The notes below the pieces were generated by a model, which was given only the letters and a program-made list of their open reading frames with translations, was not told where the DNA came from and did not search any database. Positions 35,363 to 48,572 of a DNA stretch of 64,000 nt are shown piece after piece. Within the stretch, counting starts at the first letter, position 1. The number at the start of each line of letters is the position of its first letter. Both the position numbers and the translations under genes were made by a program. The DNA is from Heptranchias perlo (taxonomy: Eukaryota): contig NC_090349.1 of NCBI RefSeq assembly GCF_035084215.1, positions 10,044,001 through 10,108,000 of the forward strand, read 5' to 3'.

Positions 35363-36844
35363 GTAAGTACATTTTTCGCCATGTATATCTGGGATTCTTA
35401 AATGCCAGTTTTCAATTTTGGGCTTAATCTGGTTGTCGTGAAAATGCTTTGGAACATACATTTATAATTCTCCGATTCTCTCGGTGTGTATAGAGGGAGT
35501 TTTGTTTCAATTCTGTTTGTCAAATGCTCATGAGACTGTCGCACAACAATTGCAATATTATGGATGAAGTGCTAAAATCTTCCGAATATTTTTTTTGGGT
35601 CGGTGCAATTGAGCCTGCACTAGTTTAATTCTAATGTCTCGCTGATTTGAAACATATTCTTAAAGCATTCGTCAATCTGCATGAGGCGCCATTTAAAACA
35701 GAAACGGGCCCTGGTGACTGACTTACATTGCCTTCCCGCTGTGATTATTGACTCCCGTAGACCAGGAAAAGGCGCATTAAGTGAAAACTTTAATGTAAAA
35801 TCTTTTATAATTCCCCTGACACGGTGCCATTAAAGATTCCAAATCAGAGAGTTGGAGCGTGTGTGCTTTCTGGGGTAACTCACTGATTTTGAACTTTATG
35901 GTTCAGTTAGTGCGACATTTTCAGTATTGTATTCCACGATAGTCATTAATTCATAATTTCCCTAGTAAGTAACGAATAATTATAATACATAATGATTGGG
36001 TTCGAGAATTTAATATAAATTATACATTTTAAGAAAGTATTTTTTATTCAGGTTATAATACATAAAATGTGATTAGAAGTTTGTCGCCTTCGGAAAGGCT
36101 TTATGGTCATTTCCGGTCTTGTAAAGTCCTATGTTTTTCAGGAAACTGGAAAACATTGGCTGGAAAGAGATTAGTTTAAGTAGGTCAAATGATGCGTCCT
36201 GGGTGACTGTGATCGCCTGGAGCTTGCTTGATTGCCTTCAAGAGTCCAGGAGAAATTTCCCAGAGCTTTCCCGGGCTTGACCACGTGTTTTTCGCTGTAT
36301 TGCCTCCCCCAGAAGATAACAGTACGGGAGGGTGGTGCATCAGTGGATATCGTCAGCAACCAGGGGGTCAACGCTCTTTTCTCGCCTTTCTTTTCTTATA
36401 TTTGAAACATTGTAATGCATCAGTGATTGATCCAGCGCCGATATTAAAACCACTGACAAGACTCAATACCTTCCAATACGTTTCATTTTGTATGAATGCT
36501 ACCGCAGAGTAAGAATTCGGATTTTTGTTCCTGTTTCTTCAATTGATTTAATTCTGACAGGAAAAAAAATGTGTAAACCAACAAATAATCCAAGAGACTT
36601 AAACGGCATTTTGATTAGACTATTTAACTACATGCTGTAAAAAGGTTTTGCTTCATTCCATTACAAATTGTTCCATTCAAGTTACATCTGGTGCAAGTTA
36701 AATTACAAGAATAATTTTAACAGAGTAAGAGATTACACTTCAGCACTATTTACACTTCCGTGTTTGGTTTCGCTCAGTTGATAACTTTCTCGCGTGTGGA
36801 TCAAAACGCTTTGGATTTAAGCCCCTTATCGGGAGTAACATCAG

Positions 36845-38025
36845 AACATAAGAGCGGGAGTAGGCTATTGAGCCCCTTGATCCCATTCCACCATTCTATT
36901 GGATCGTGGCTGATCTGTACCTCAACTCCATTTACCCGTCTCTGTTCCATATCCCGTGATAACCTCACCCTACAAACATGTAGTGATCTCAGTCTTGAAA
37001 ATTTCAATTGACCCAGCATCCACAGTCTTTTGGGGGGAGAGAGTTCCAAATTTCCACTACCCTTTGTGTGAAAAAGTGCTTCCTGATTTCACTCCTTAAT
37101 GGCATTGTCGACAATGCCTTCCTTGAGATAGCATCGTAAATAGGGCTCCCACCTTTACGTTCATGTGCACCTTAACCTGTTGCATTATTCGAGGAACAGC
37201 AGAAAATCACAGCCAATACAACCCACCCGCCTCAAACATTGCCTCCAAAGAAACATGCTGGTGTCTGTAGCTTCATGTTTTGTTCAAGTTTACTATCACT
37301 GCGCTTCAAAGTAATATATGGGAGACCTGATATGGTGCTATATAAATGCGGCTCGTTATTCTTTTGGTAATATCAAGAAATAGAAGCAGTTGAACTTTCT
37401 GCAGCAGACCGTTCCTCTTGTCACTCGGCAGCCAATAGCTAAATATTGAATAGCGTTTGCATCGAACAGCGTTTGCATCGAACAGTGTCTCGAGCGTGAC
37501 TCTGCCAGAGTACAATGGTAGTCTCAGCATTTAAATTATAACTGACTGAAAAGATTGAACAGGCTGGGACTCTGAATGATTGAACAGGCTGGGGCTCTTT
37601 TTTTCTAGAAAAGAGGATCATGGGTGACCTAATAGGGGTCTTTCAAATTGTGAAAATGTTTTACAAGATAGAGGTAGAGAAGATGTTTCCAATTGGAGGC
37701 GGTGGGAGGGGGGGGGGGCAAAACTAAAGGTCATAAATATACGATAGTCACTAATAAATCCAACAAAAAAATCAGGAGAAACTTCTTTTTCCTTAGGGTG
37801 GTTAGAATGTGGAACTTGCTACCTATTGGAGTAGTTGAAGCGAATAGGATGGATGCGTTTAGATAAGTTAGATAAGTACAAGAGGGGAAAAAGGAATAGA
37901 AAGATATGCAGATAGAGTTAGATGAAGTACTGTGGGAGGAAGCTCGTGGAGCATAAACACTGGCATAGACCAGTTGGGCAGAATGGCCTGTTTCTGTGCT
38001 GTAAATTCTATGTAATTCTATGTAA
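36845..38025. mobile_element. Short CR1 3' fragments in the J-C intron of cluster C (36845-37100 minus, 37550-38025 plus)
   Basis: CR1 3' UTR/tail sequence, e.g. TTCTATGTAATTCTATGTAA at ~38006. Confidence 0.7.
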
Positions 38026-38416
38026 TAATCCAAGGAAAATTGGCGCGGTTGAGCGTTATTAAACTTGCATCGTAATATTCTTAATAAGTTTCAATTACAT
38101 ATTAAAAGATAGTTTAAATAAAGCAACACTACGATCTTCAGGATGTAGTTCAAGTAAAAGTTAAACGTCGTTCTGTTTTAATTTTTTTCTAGATCCACGG
38201 GGCCCTCGGTTTTTCTTCAATTCGTTACATAGTTTTCTAGATCTAGTGCACCTTGGTGATTAGTTAAAGAATAATATCAATCTCCCATTCCAACACTCTT
38301 AAGCTTGTACGATGGTACCGAGTTTAAAAACATTGAAATAGCAAAACGTTGAATTTCGACTTTTTACATCCAATTCAAAGTGGATCGTCCCTCATTGTTT
38401 CTACTTTTCTTTCTAG

Positions 38417-38739
38417 ATCCACGAGTCCCCTCGGTATCCCTTCTTCCGCCTTCATCAGTTGAAATCACAGAAAAGAACACGGCAACGCTGGTGTGTTTGG
38501 TGAGCGGTTTTAACCCGGGCGCTGTGGAGATTGACTGGACTGTTGATGGCAGTGTCAGAGAGAATGGTGTTGAGACCAGTCGGGTCCAGCAGGAGACGGA
38601 CAACACGTTCAGTGTGAGCAGTTATCTGACTTTGCGAGCTCCAGACTGGAACTCACACGAGCTTTACTCCTGTGTGGTTAAACACGAGACTCAGGCAAAC
38701 CCGCTTCAAACAAGTATCGCGAGATCCAGCTGTACTTGA
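38417..38739 (+). CDS. IgL: IgL constant exon, intact, cluster C
   Basis: (N)PRVPSVSLLPPSSVEITEKNTATLVCLVSGFNPGAVEIDWTVDG..YSCVVKHETQANPLQTSIARSSCT*. C1-set Cys/Trp/Cys and penultimate Cys are present; TTCTAG acceptor. Confidence 0.95.
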
Positions 38740-38945
38740 TTCATGAATCTTATGTATTCCTCTATTATACCATTGGTAAACTTTCTTTGAACAAAGTTGG
38801 ATTTTATAGGTTAGGTTTTTTATTTTTATTGCTGTATTTCGAGTCAGAACAATAACGATGCAGTTAGTGTGTTTGCTTCAATCCACTGGGTGTAACCCAA
38901 GAGTGTTTTGACACCTTCTCTGTATCATTAGAAGTACTGCAGTGC

Positions 38946-38951
38946 AATAAA
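38946..38951 (+). terminator. Polyadenylation signal of IgL cluster C
   Basis: AATAAA ~207 nt after the stop; conserved at the equivalent position in units A, B and D. Confidence 0.75.
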
Positions 38952-39705
38952 AATACTGTTCCACCGTCTCAGATGATGTTATTCTTTTCTTGCTGTAATT
39001 CTCTCTGAGTGTATGACAATTTTTAAAACGTCCAAGTCGCGAGGTCCCATTCTTTGTAACCTTTTGCAAATTTACATAAAACTGACAAACACTCGATGGA
39101 AATAACGATTTAAAGAACCGAGAGGTGACGGGTGTAAATAATACAACGTATAAAAAGCTCATTTGGCTAAATTTGGTGGGTATATTGATTGAACTGCATT
39201 GTCTTTGTGATTGCGTTTCATATTCTCCCTTGTTCTGAGTGACCTCGGTGAGAAACTACATAAATACCAAATAACGTTGTATCATACACGTTGGAAAAGA
39301 TAAATATTAATCGGAGTTCCAGCTGACTAAGAATATAATCTGAATTTAAAAAGGAACGCATCGAATCATAGAATGATACAGCTCAGAGGAGGCCATTCGG
39401 CCAATCGTGCCTGTGCCGGCTCTTTGAAAGAGCTATTCAATTAGTCCCACTCCCCTGATCTTTCCCCATAGTCCTGCAATTTTCTTCCCTTCAAGTAATA
39501 TGACACCGTCTCAAAGTTCATGTTCCAAGTAGTTAAGGCACCCATCCCATGTTCAGACGAAACGTACGCATGTTAGAGATCATTTTAAATCCATTTTCAT
39601 TGCATTTACCAGACTCATAGGCACACGAACAATACAAATACCCTTTTTTGTGCAAAAAGATTAATAAAAAGAATGGATATCCCTTTTCTAACTAAAAGGT
39701 GTCGC

Positions 39706-41100
39706 TGTGAAGTGTAAGGAGGTGTGGGCAGATCACGGCTCAGTCAGGATAACTTGACATTGGCAGAATGCATTATGGTTGAATGGCTTGAGAATTACTA
39801 ATGTTACTAACGGACAAACTAGTTTAGGGAAAATAGGAAAGTACAACAATGAACTCATCGAAGCCATGTAAGAAAACAAGATTAAGAGATCTTGAGATAA
39901 GAGACCAAGGATCTTGTGTTACGGATATGGTTCGAACAAGGGAGGCAATGACATCAGTGGAGAGGGAGTTCCAAGGCAGAACTACTACAACTCAGTTCAG
40001 CTATGCCTGTTTGCTAATCTGTATAAATATGAATGATTAGTAACACACTTTCAGTCCAAGCACTGCAAACTGCCATGAGTGGTATCGTTTGTATGTCTCA
40101 AATACACCTTCTACTTGTGAGTTTATAGGCGTATATCACTTACTTGCAGTCTTACTGCGCTCTCAATAAACATCTGTCAATCAATCACTTACTCACGGGC
40201 CTCAGAATCTGTTAATTACTATTTATACAACACTTTTGGTGACCTGTAGCAGGATCCTAAGCAGTGGTTATTTGACCAGCGACTCCGGAACTGATCATTC
40301 CTGAGCCAACGCCAACGCGTATTGGAGAGGACTCAAGAATGGGAATTGAAGATGAAGTTAATAAAAAGTAAAAGGAATGAAGAACTTATGTACAAAAATA
40401 CACGCTATTGGCTCTCTGACGGTAAGGGGCATGATGGGAAACACCGACCCAGTGAGCAAGTTGGTTCAGGGACGAGAGAAAGAGCTCTTTAATGCCCAAA
40501 AGAATTATAAAAATAACACCAAAGCAGCGGTGGTGCAACGTTTGTCGGCCGTTGCTAAGGCATTTTCAGATGAGAATAAGAAACTAAGAGATAGTATGAA
40601 AGAAAAGGAGAAGCAAGGGCTATGTGTAATCTGTCAAGAACTAATAACACAACTAGAACAGTGCTCAAAACATTGTAATAAATTAAAGGACATTGTGCAG
40701 GAGGAGGAGTGTCAGGCGCTAAAGACAGCCATTAAACAATAGACAGAGGCAATAATGCAGTTACGTGAAGAACCCTCGGCTAGTCACATCGAGTGTAACA
40801 AAAGAATTAAGGACAAGGGAAAGAAATTAAAAGCCCACAAGGCTGTTCCCAGATCTTCACCGTGCCAGGCTTGGGTGAAGACTCCGCCCAATGGGTGATT
40901 ACATTGATAACACTGTAGGGGGACACAAACCCACGTCCCCAGAGCTAGTAAACAAGGTGGCCCAACAGGAGGACCAATACAAGCCTGGGAAGGAGCATTT
41001 CTTACACCGAAGTAAGGTTTTAATTCAGTAAAAAACTGGGTTAAGTATTCAACATCAGAGATTGAAAGTTGAGATGAGAGAAAAAGAATAAATACAGGAA
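39706..41100 (+). mobile_element. LTR + PBS-like site + decayed gag-like fragment of an LTR retroelement/ERV
   Basis: TG..CA segment ~39706-40232 with TATAAA (40022) and AATAAA (~40165), then TGGTGACC.. at 40237, then a coiled-coil/Cys ORF 40377-40742 continuing past a stop (SHIECNKRIKD). Confidence 0.55.
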
Positions 41101-41759
41101 AAGAGGATATCCCTTTTCTACCATTGGCACAGGCTACACCGGGATCTGTTCTTGTTTCAGCGTACTGTTTTGTTTTCAATTTCCCTGTGAAACTGCAGTC
41201 TGTGGAATTGTGCGGGGGTGGCTCCGCCCCCTTTTCGCAGTCGCTCGCTAAAGTGTTAACCCTTTGTAGGCCGTACCTTAGTTAACATTGCTACCTGTAA
41301 GAGTAGGTATTGTGGGTAGAATAGCCAGCATCATATTCAGCTGGATCACAGCAGTATTAAAAGGGGTGAATGGATTTAAATCAGTTTCCGAGCACAAAGG
41401 GACACAGAGATTAGCACCAAAGTTTGGGAAGAAGTGACGAAGAGGATTTTTATGATGGCCTGGTGCCAGAGCCTCTGGAATTAGTATGGAAGCGAGAAAG
41501 AATAATAGGCTTCCTCTGTAATAAATATCGAGAAGTGATAAGAAAGTTGACGGCCATGAAGCTAAGATGGGGTCAGTCATGAGTGAAGAATGGCCGAGAG
41601 CAAAAATCAGTTGGCGATACGCATGCGCACATTGGGAGGCGGTAATTAAACTGCATAATGCAATGATGTATTAGCTGAACTTACTTTCCACCAACTTCAC
41701 GTCACAGAAATATGCTTACCTATTAATCTGATGTCTTAGCCATGTAGTTAACCCTATAA

Positions 41760-42760
41760 CCCTCCAATTTCTCATCTCCATGCTGCCCCTTGGTGACCTC
41801 ATCCGAAATCAGATTTCACATGTACACTGATGCTACCCAGCTCCACCTCACCACCACTCCCCTCAAGCCCTCCACTGCCATTGTGTTGACAGACTGCTTG
41901 TCCGAGTCTTGGATGAGCCAAAATTTCCTCCAATTAAATATTGGGAAAACTAAAACCATTGTCTTCGGCCCCACAAACTCAGTTCCCTAACCACTGATAG
42001 CATCCCCCACCCTGGCCACGTCTCAGGCTGAACCAGACTGTTTGCAATCTCAGCGTCTTATTTGAATATGAGCTAAGCTTCCAACCCCATATCATCTTCA
42101 GCACAAAGACTGCCTACTTTCACCTCCGTAATATTACCCATCACCACCCCTTCTGCAACCCATCTGCTGCTGAAACCCTTGCCCACGCTTTTGTTACCTC
42201 CCGACCCAAAGCACTCCTGGCTGACCTCCCATCTTCCACCCTCCGTAATCTTCAGCTCATCCAAAATGCTGCTGCCTGTATCCTAACTCGCATCAAGTCC
42301 TGTTCACCATCACTCCTGTGCTCACTGACCTACATTGACTGTCGGTCCACCAATGCCTCGATTTTAAAATTCCCATTCTCATGTTCAAATCCCTCCACGG
42401 TCTTGCCCTTCCTTATTTCTGTAACCTCCTCCAGCCCAATAACCCTCTGAAATCTCTGCCTTCCTCCAGCTCTTGCCTTCTGTGCATCTCCCACTTCATT
42501 CACCCCACCATTGGTAGTGGTGCCTTCAGTCGTTTCAGCTCTGGAATTCCCTCCCCAAACCTCATCGCCTTTCTACCTCTCTCTCCTCCTTTAATATGCT
42601 ACTTACAACCTATCTCTTTGAACAAGCATTTGTTTATTTGCCCTAACGTCTCATTCTTTAGCTGGGTGTTAAATTATGTCTGTTTACGCTCCTATGAAGC
42701 TCAAAAGCATCTTTTCCTACCTTAAAGGCGCTATATCAATGCAGGTTCTTGTTGTTGTTG
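41760..42760 (+). mobile_element. L2-clade LINE 3' fragment
   Basis: FHMYTDATQL, LQLNIGKTKTIVFG, FKSLHGLALPY; 3' end AAAGGCGCTATAT..(GTT)n, shared with the DeuSINE tail. Confidence 0.8.
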
Positions 42761-43669
42761 ATGTTATTCTATTTGTACCGAGAACAAAAGTGAACGTGGC
42801 ACTGACTCTCTGAGGGAAAATCACTCCCAACCCTTCTCCAGTCAAGCAACACACGCTTGTCCTAATTCGTCGTTTCCTGTTCTCAAACAACTTTCTATCC
42901 ATGCTGCTACATTTCCTATTATATATATCCAACAAGGAATTCAGGAGAAACTTCCTTACCCAGTGAGTGGTTAGAACTTGCTACCACATGGAGTTATTGA
43001 GGCGAATAGCATAGATGCATTTACGGGGAAGCTAAATAGGTGCATAAGGGAGAAAGGAATCGAATGATATGCTGATGGGCTTAGATGAAGTAGAGTGAGA
43101 AGAGGCTCGTGTGGAGCATAAACACCAGCATAGATCAGTTGGGCCGACTGGCCTGTTTCTGTGCTGTAAATTCAATGTAATAGGTCTACACTTTCTCACA
43201 AGCCTCTTGTGCGATATCTCTTTGGATAAATTCAGGACATCCATACACATTACATCCACTGCAGTATCTTTATATCTCTAATCTGTGAATTGATCCATAT
43301 TTTATACTTGGAAATATGGCATTGCAAACCTGAGATATGCACATTATTCATTGCAAAAGAGCAGCCAAGTATAATGCTGATAGGTTTTATTACCACGAGT
43401 GAGTCGCAGGGTCGATTCATGAGAAAGACTTGACAGTCACACATCCAAAATCTTTTGAAGAAGGGAGAACAAATGTGATGAATTCCAAAATATTGTCATT
43501 GTAAGAATTAGATGGAGGCAGAACAAATTTTCTGTCTAAAAGTATATATAAATTCATGATGTACTCTACAAATTTAGAGCTGGATCTAGGTAAAACTAAC
43601 TGCTACCCGGTTCTTGCATGTTAAGCTTCCCGAAATTTTATTTTTCTTAGACTTCCAAGCAAAGTCAAT

Positions 43670-45030
43670 CGGGGGCACAGGTCCTAAATGAGTACTTTGC
43701 ATCTCTCTTTATCAAGGAAGCAGATACGGCCAAACTCACAGCAAAAGAGGAGGTAGTTGAGATACTTTATGGGATAAAACTGATAAATTGATTGGTACTA
43801 AAAAGGCTGGCTTTACTTAAATTAGATAAGCCACCCAGTCCGGATGGGATGCATCCTAGGTTGCTGAGGGAAGTAAGGGTGGAAATTGTAGAAGTACTGG
43901 CCACAATCTTCCAATCCTCCTTAGACACAGGGGTGGTGCCGGAGGACTGGAGAATTGCAAATGTTACACCCTTGTTCAAAAAAGGATGTAAAGATAAACT
44001 CAGCAACTACAGGCCAGTCAGTTTTACCTGAATGGTGGGGAAGCTTTTAGAAATAATAATCCGGGACAAAATTAATAGTCACTTGGACAAGTGTGTATTA
44101 ATAAGGAAAGCCAACATGGATTTGTTTGACTAACTTGATTGAGTTTTTTGATGAGGTAATAGTGAGGGTTGATGAGGGCAATGCGGTTAATGTTGTGCTT
44201 ATGGACTTCCAAAAACCGTTTGATAAAGTGCCACATAACAGGCTTGTCAACAAAATTGAAGCCCATGAGGAAAAAGGGGCAGTGGCAACATGGATACGAA
44301 ATTGGTTAAGTAATAGGAAACAGAACGGCTGTTTTTCAGACTGGAGGAAATTGTGCAGTGGTGTTCCCTGGGGGTTGTTACTGGGATCACTGTTTTTCTT
44401 GATATATATTAATGACTTGGACTTGGGTGTAAAGGACACAATTTCCAAATGTGTAGATGACACAAAACTTGGAAACATTGAAGAAGATAGTGATAGATTT
44501 CAAGAAGACATAGACAGGCTGGTGGAATGGGCGAACACGTGGCAGGTGAAATTTAATGCTGAGAAGCGTGAAGTGTTACATGTTGTTAGGAAAATCGAGG
44601 ATAGGCAGTATAAACCAGAGTACGACTCTAAAGGGGATGCAGGAACAGAGAGACCTGGGGGTATATGTACACAGGTCGTTGAAGGTGGCCGGACAGGTTG
44701 AGAAAGCAGTTAAGAAAGCATATGGAATCCCAGGCTTTATAAAGAGAGGCATAGAGTACAAAAGCAAGGATGTTGTGTTGAAACTTTATAAAACACTGGC
44801 TAGGCCACAATTGGAGCATTGTGTCCAATTCTGGACACGGCACTTTAGGAAGGATGTGAAGGCCTTAGAGTGGATGCAGACAAGATTTACTAGAATGGCT
44901 CCAGGGATGAGGGACCTGATACATGGATACACTAGAAAAGCTGGGATTGTTCTCCTTGTAGCAGAGAAGGTTGAGAGGAGATTTGATAGAGGTTCAAAAT
45001 CATGACAAAGTAAACAAAGAAAACTGTTCC
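43670..45030 (+). mobile_element. CR1 RT fragment
   Basis: PSPDGMHPRLL, NYRPVS, MDFQKPFDKVPH, VDDTKLG. Confidence 0.9.
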
Positions 45031-45034
45031 CACT

Positions 45035-46045
45035 GCACCGCTTTCTCAACCCGTCCAGCCACTTTCAAAGATTTGTGCACATATACCCCCAGGTCTCTCT
45101 GTTCCTGCACCCCATTTAGAATTGTACCATTTAGTTTACATTGCCTCTCCTCGTTCTTCCTACCAAAATGTACCACTTCAGTAAATTTCATCTGCCACGT
45201 GACCCCCATTCTACCAGCCTGTCTATGTCCTCTTGATGTCTATTACTATGTTCCTCACTGTTTACCACACTTCCAAGTTTTGTGTCATCTGCAAATTTTC
45301 AAATTGTACCCTGTGCACCCAAGTCCAAATCATTAATATACATCAAATAAAGCAGTAGTCCTAATACTGACCCCAGGAGAACAATACTGTATACCTTCCT
45401 CCAGTCCAAAAACAACCGTTCACCACTACTATCCGTTCCCTGTCACTTAGCCAATTTTGTATCCATGCTGACAAGCCTATTAAGTGGCACTTTATCAAAC
45501 GCCTTTTGAAAGTCCATATACCGCATTGCCCTCATCAACCCTCTCTGCTACCGCATCAAAAAACTCAATCAAGTTAGTTAAACATGATTTGCTTTTAACA
45601 AATCCGTCCTGGATTTCCGTTATTAATCTACACTTGTCCAAGTGACAATTTATTTTGTCCCGGATTATCGTTTCTAAAAGCTTCCCCACCACTGAGGTTA
45701 AACTGACTGGCTTGTAATTGCCGGGTTTATCCTTACACCTTTTTTTGAACAAGGATGTAATATTTGCAATTCCCAGGTCCTCCGGCACCACTCTCATATC
45801 TAAGGAGGATTGGGAAATTACGGCCAGTACCTCTGCAATTTCCATCCATACTTCCTTCAACAACCTTGGATGCATCCCATCCAGACCGGGTGACTTATCT
45901 ACTTTCAGCATAGCCAGCCTTTCTAGTACCTCCTCTTTATCAATTTTCACCCCATCCAGTATCTCAACTACCTCCCCTTTTACTGTGACTTTGGCAGCAT
46001 CTTCTTCCTTGGTAAAGACAGATGCAAGTACTCATTTGGTACCCG
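45035..46045 (-). mobile_element. CR1 RT fragment, inverted relative to its neighbours
   Basis: KVDKSPGLDGMHPRLLKE..NYKPVSLTSVVGK..SCLTNLIEFF. Confidence 0.9.
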
Positions 46046-46057
46046 AGCAATGGGTAC

Positions 46058-46976
46058 TATGACTTGGATATAAGGAGCATAATTTCAAAGTTTGCAGATG
46101 CTTAGAAATACAATCAACAGTGAGGAGGATAGTAGCAGACATAGACAGACGGGTGAAGTGGGGAGACACGTGGCAGATGAAATGTAATGCAGAGGAGTCT
46201 GAAGTGATGCATTTTGGAAGGAAAAATGGGGAGAGGCAATATAAATTAAATGGTACAATTTTAAAGTGGGTGCCGGAACAGAGAGTGCTAACGGTTCAGA
46301 TACATAAACCTTTGAAGGTGGCAGGTCAAGTTGGCTGTTAGAAAGGCATACGGGACCCTTGGCTTTATAAATAGAGGCATATTGTACAAAAGCAAGGGTG
46401 TTATGGTAGCCCATTGTAAATCACTGGTTAGGCTTCAGCTCGAGTATTATGTCCAATTCTGGGCAACACACTGTAGGATGGATGCCACGATCTTGGAGAG
46501 GGTGCAGAGGAGATTTACCTGAATGGTACCAGGTATGACGGACTTTAGTTATGTGGAGAGACTAGACAAGATGTGATTGTTCTCCTTCGAGCAGAGAAGG
46601 ACAAGTGGAGACTTAATAGAAGTGTTCAAACTTATGAGAGGTTTTGATAGCGCGGACAGGGAGAAACTTTCTCCATTGGCATGAGGGTCGGTAACCAGAG
46701 GACACAAATTTAAGATAATTTGCAAAAAATCAAGAGAGGAAACGAGGAGATTTTTTTTATGCAGCGAATTGTTACGGTCTGAAATGTACTATCTGAAAGC
46801 GTGGTGGAAGCAGATCCAATAGTAACTTTCAACAGGATATATACACTTGAAAAGGAGAAATGTATAGGGCTATAGGGAAAGAGCAGGGAAATGGGACTAA
46901 TTGGATAGCTCGTTCAAAATGGCGGCATAACCACGATGGGCCCAGCTTCCTTCTTCTGTGCTCCATGATTCTGTGA
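46058..46976 (+). mobile_element. CR1 3' fragment
   Basis: FADA.., KAYGTLGFINRG, QLEYYVQFW; tail ATGATTCTGTGA. Confidence 0.85.
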
Positions 46977-47023
46977 GAAACAAAGCCACTTTGCAGGGAT
47001 AATGGAGTGTATGTGGTGCGACA

Positions 47024-47037
47024 CTGCCATCTGCTGG
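47024..47037 (-). promoter_or_regulatory. Candidate CTCF site CCAGCAGATGGCAG
   Basis: Exact match to the core consensus CCASYAGRKGGCRS; motif evidence only. Confidence 0.45.
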
Positions 47038-48572
47038 TGTAGCAGCACATGACCATAATCTCAGACACATAAAGATCACATGACAATAATCTCAGAGCAT
47101 CTCGGTGCATAAATATGCTCACTTTCAGTAATTTTTTGGTATTCCATGTTGAGAACTCGCCTGGATTGGTTAATAGTTCGTAGAGCCGAGGAATATCCTA
47201 ACAGTGAGTGTATAGACATATACCTTGCTTGCACTTTCTGTCATATTAATAAAACCAATACAATCTGAATTAATCAATTGGGCTGATCTAACAATAAACT
47301 GTCCCACCAAATCACTCAAAAGACTTGTGCAGTCCTTACTCACTGTCTGACGTTTAAAATAATTGAAAAAGACTTTGCAATTACGACTGCATCTATTCTC
47401 ATTCCTCTTTTTACGACTGTTTTGGCTCTCTAATAGGCTCTCTCATATTATTTTAGTTAACCTCAACTGTGTCATACCTGCCCCTAATCTATTGACATTT
47501 ATTCTCTTTATACTTGGTGAAATATTTATTTTTGAGTTTAATTTATGTGGGAAACTCTCTATATAGCCATTTGGATTTCATGTTATTATCTGTTCTCCCT
47601 TTTATCCAAGGAACATAATGGTTTCCTGATTTCATTAGAAATACTGAATAAAGTAGATGTTGCCAAATGAGTTTACGTCTCGTGACCAGGGAATTCCTAA
47701 CCCCTAAAAGAGCAATGCCTAGGGTTAACAAGAAGCTGAATTAGGACTCCCAATCCCACAATCCACACACCCACTTTTAGATGAAATATTGACCTTTCCT
47801 ATATAGAAACTACTGGAAAAGTCCAACACAGATAGAGCGACAGCAACGATTTTAAATTAATCTCACTAATTTAGAGATAGTCTCGCAACCTCGCTGACTT
47901 CATTCAATCTCTGAATTATACACGATGTGCAAACTCATGTGACGGTAATTTTACCATTTTGCTTTTTAAATGTGTAAAAAGTGCAGCATTTTGACTAAGG
48001 AAATCGTCCAAGGAGTGAGCGGTGGGGTTGTGCTTACCACATGTTGGGGTAATTTAAACTTTGGGCGATGATGAGATGCTTACCAGTTTTACACTACTGC
48101 CCAAGGTCAAAATTATCACTGTTTATTTTAAAACGTTATTATATTAATCTAAATCCTTTTCGACAGCATTCTTAAATAACAAGTGATCAAAAATACATGT
48201 TCAATTTTTCGTTTGTATGTTGACTGAGGAAACCATCCGATAAAGCATCTGAATAGCTATTTTGGCAGCGTAAATTCGGCATGCAGAATTTCCGCTTCTC
48301 GGGGCTTGTCCCGGTCACCCACCGTGAAGTCGGCAGAAGACCCTTGACAAACATTGAAAAGTTTCAAACTCTTACTGTAATCTTGAAGATTGATTGCCAT
48401 TCTGTCATACTATTATTCTATTTAACCCAGAAATGCCAGTGCTATTGTAACCCTGAAATCAAGTCTGCTGTTAAGGTTCTGTAGCACAATGCTTAATATG
48501 GGCCGCCTCAATAGAGCTATAACACTGTTAAGGATTGATAAGACTCATTTTACTGTGCGAGAATTTTTTTTA

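Noticed and set aside
41255-41270. TTAACCCTTT, piggyBac-like terminus
   Set aside because: No matching opposite terminus or transposase found.
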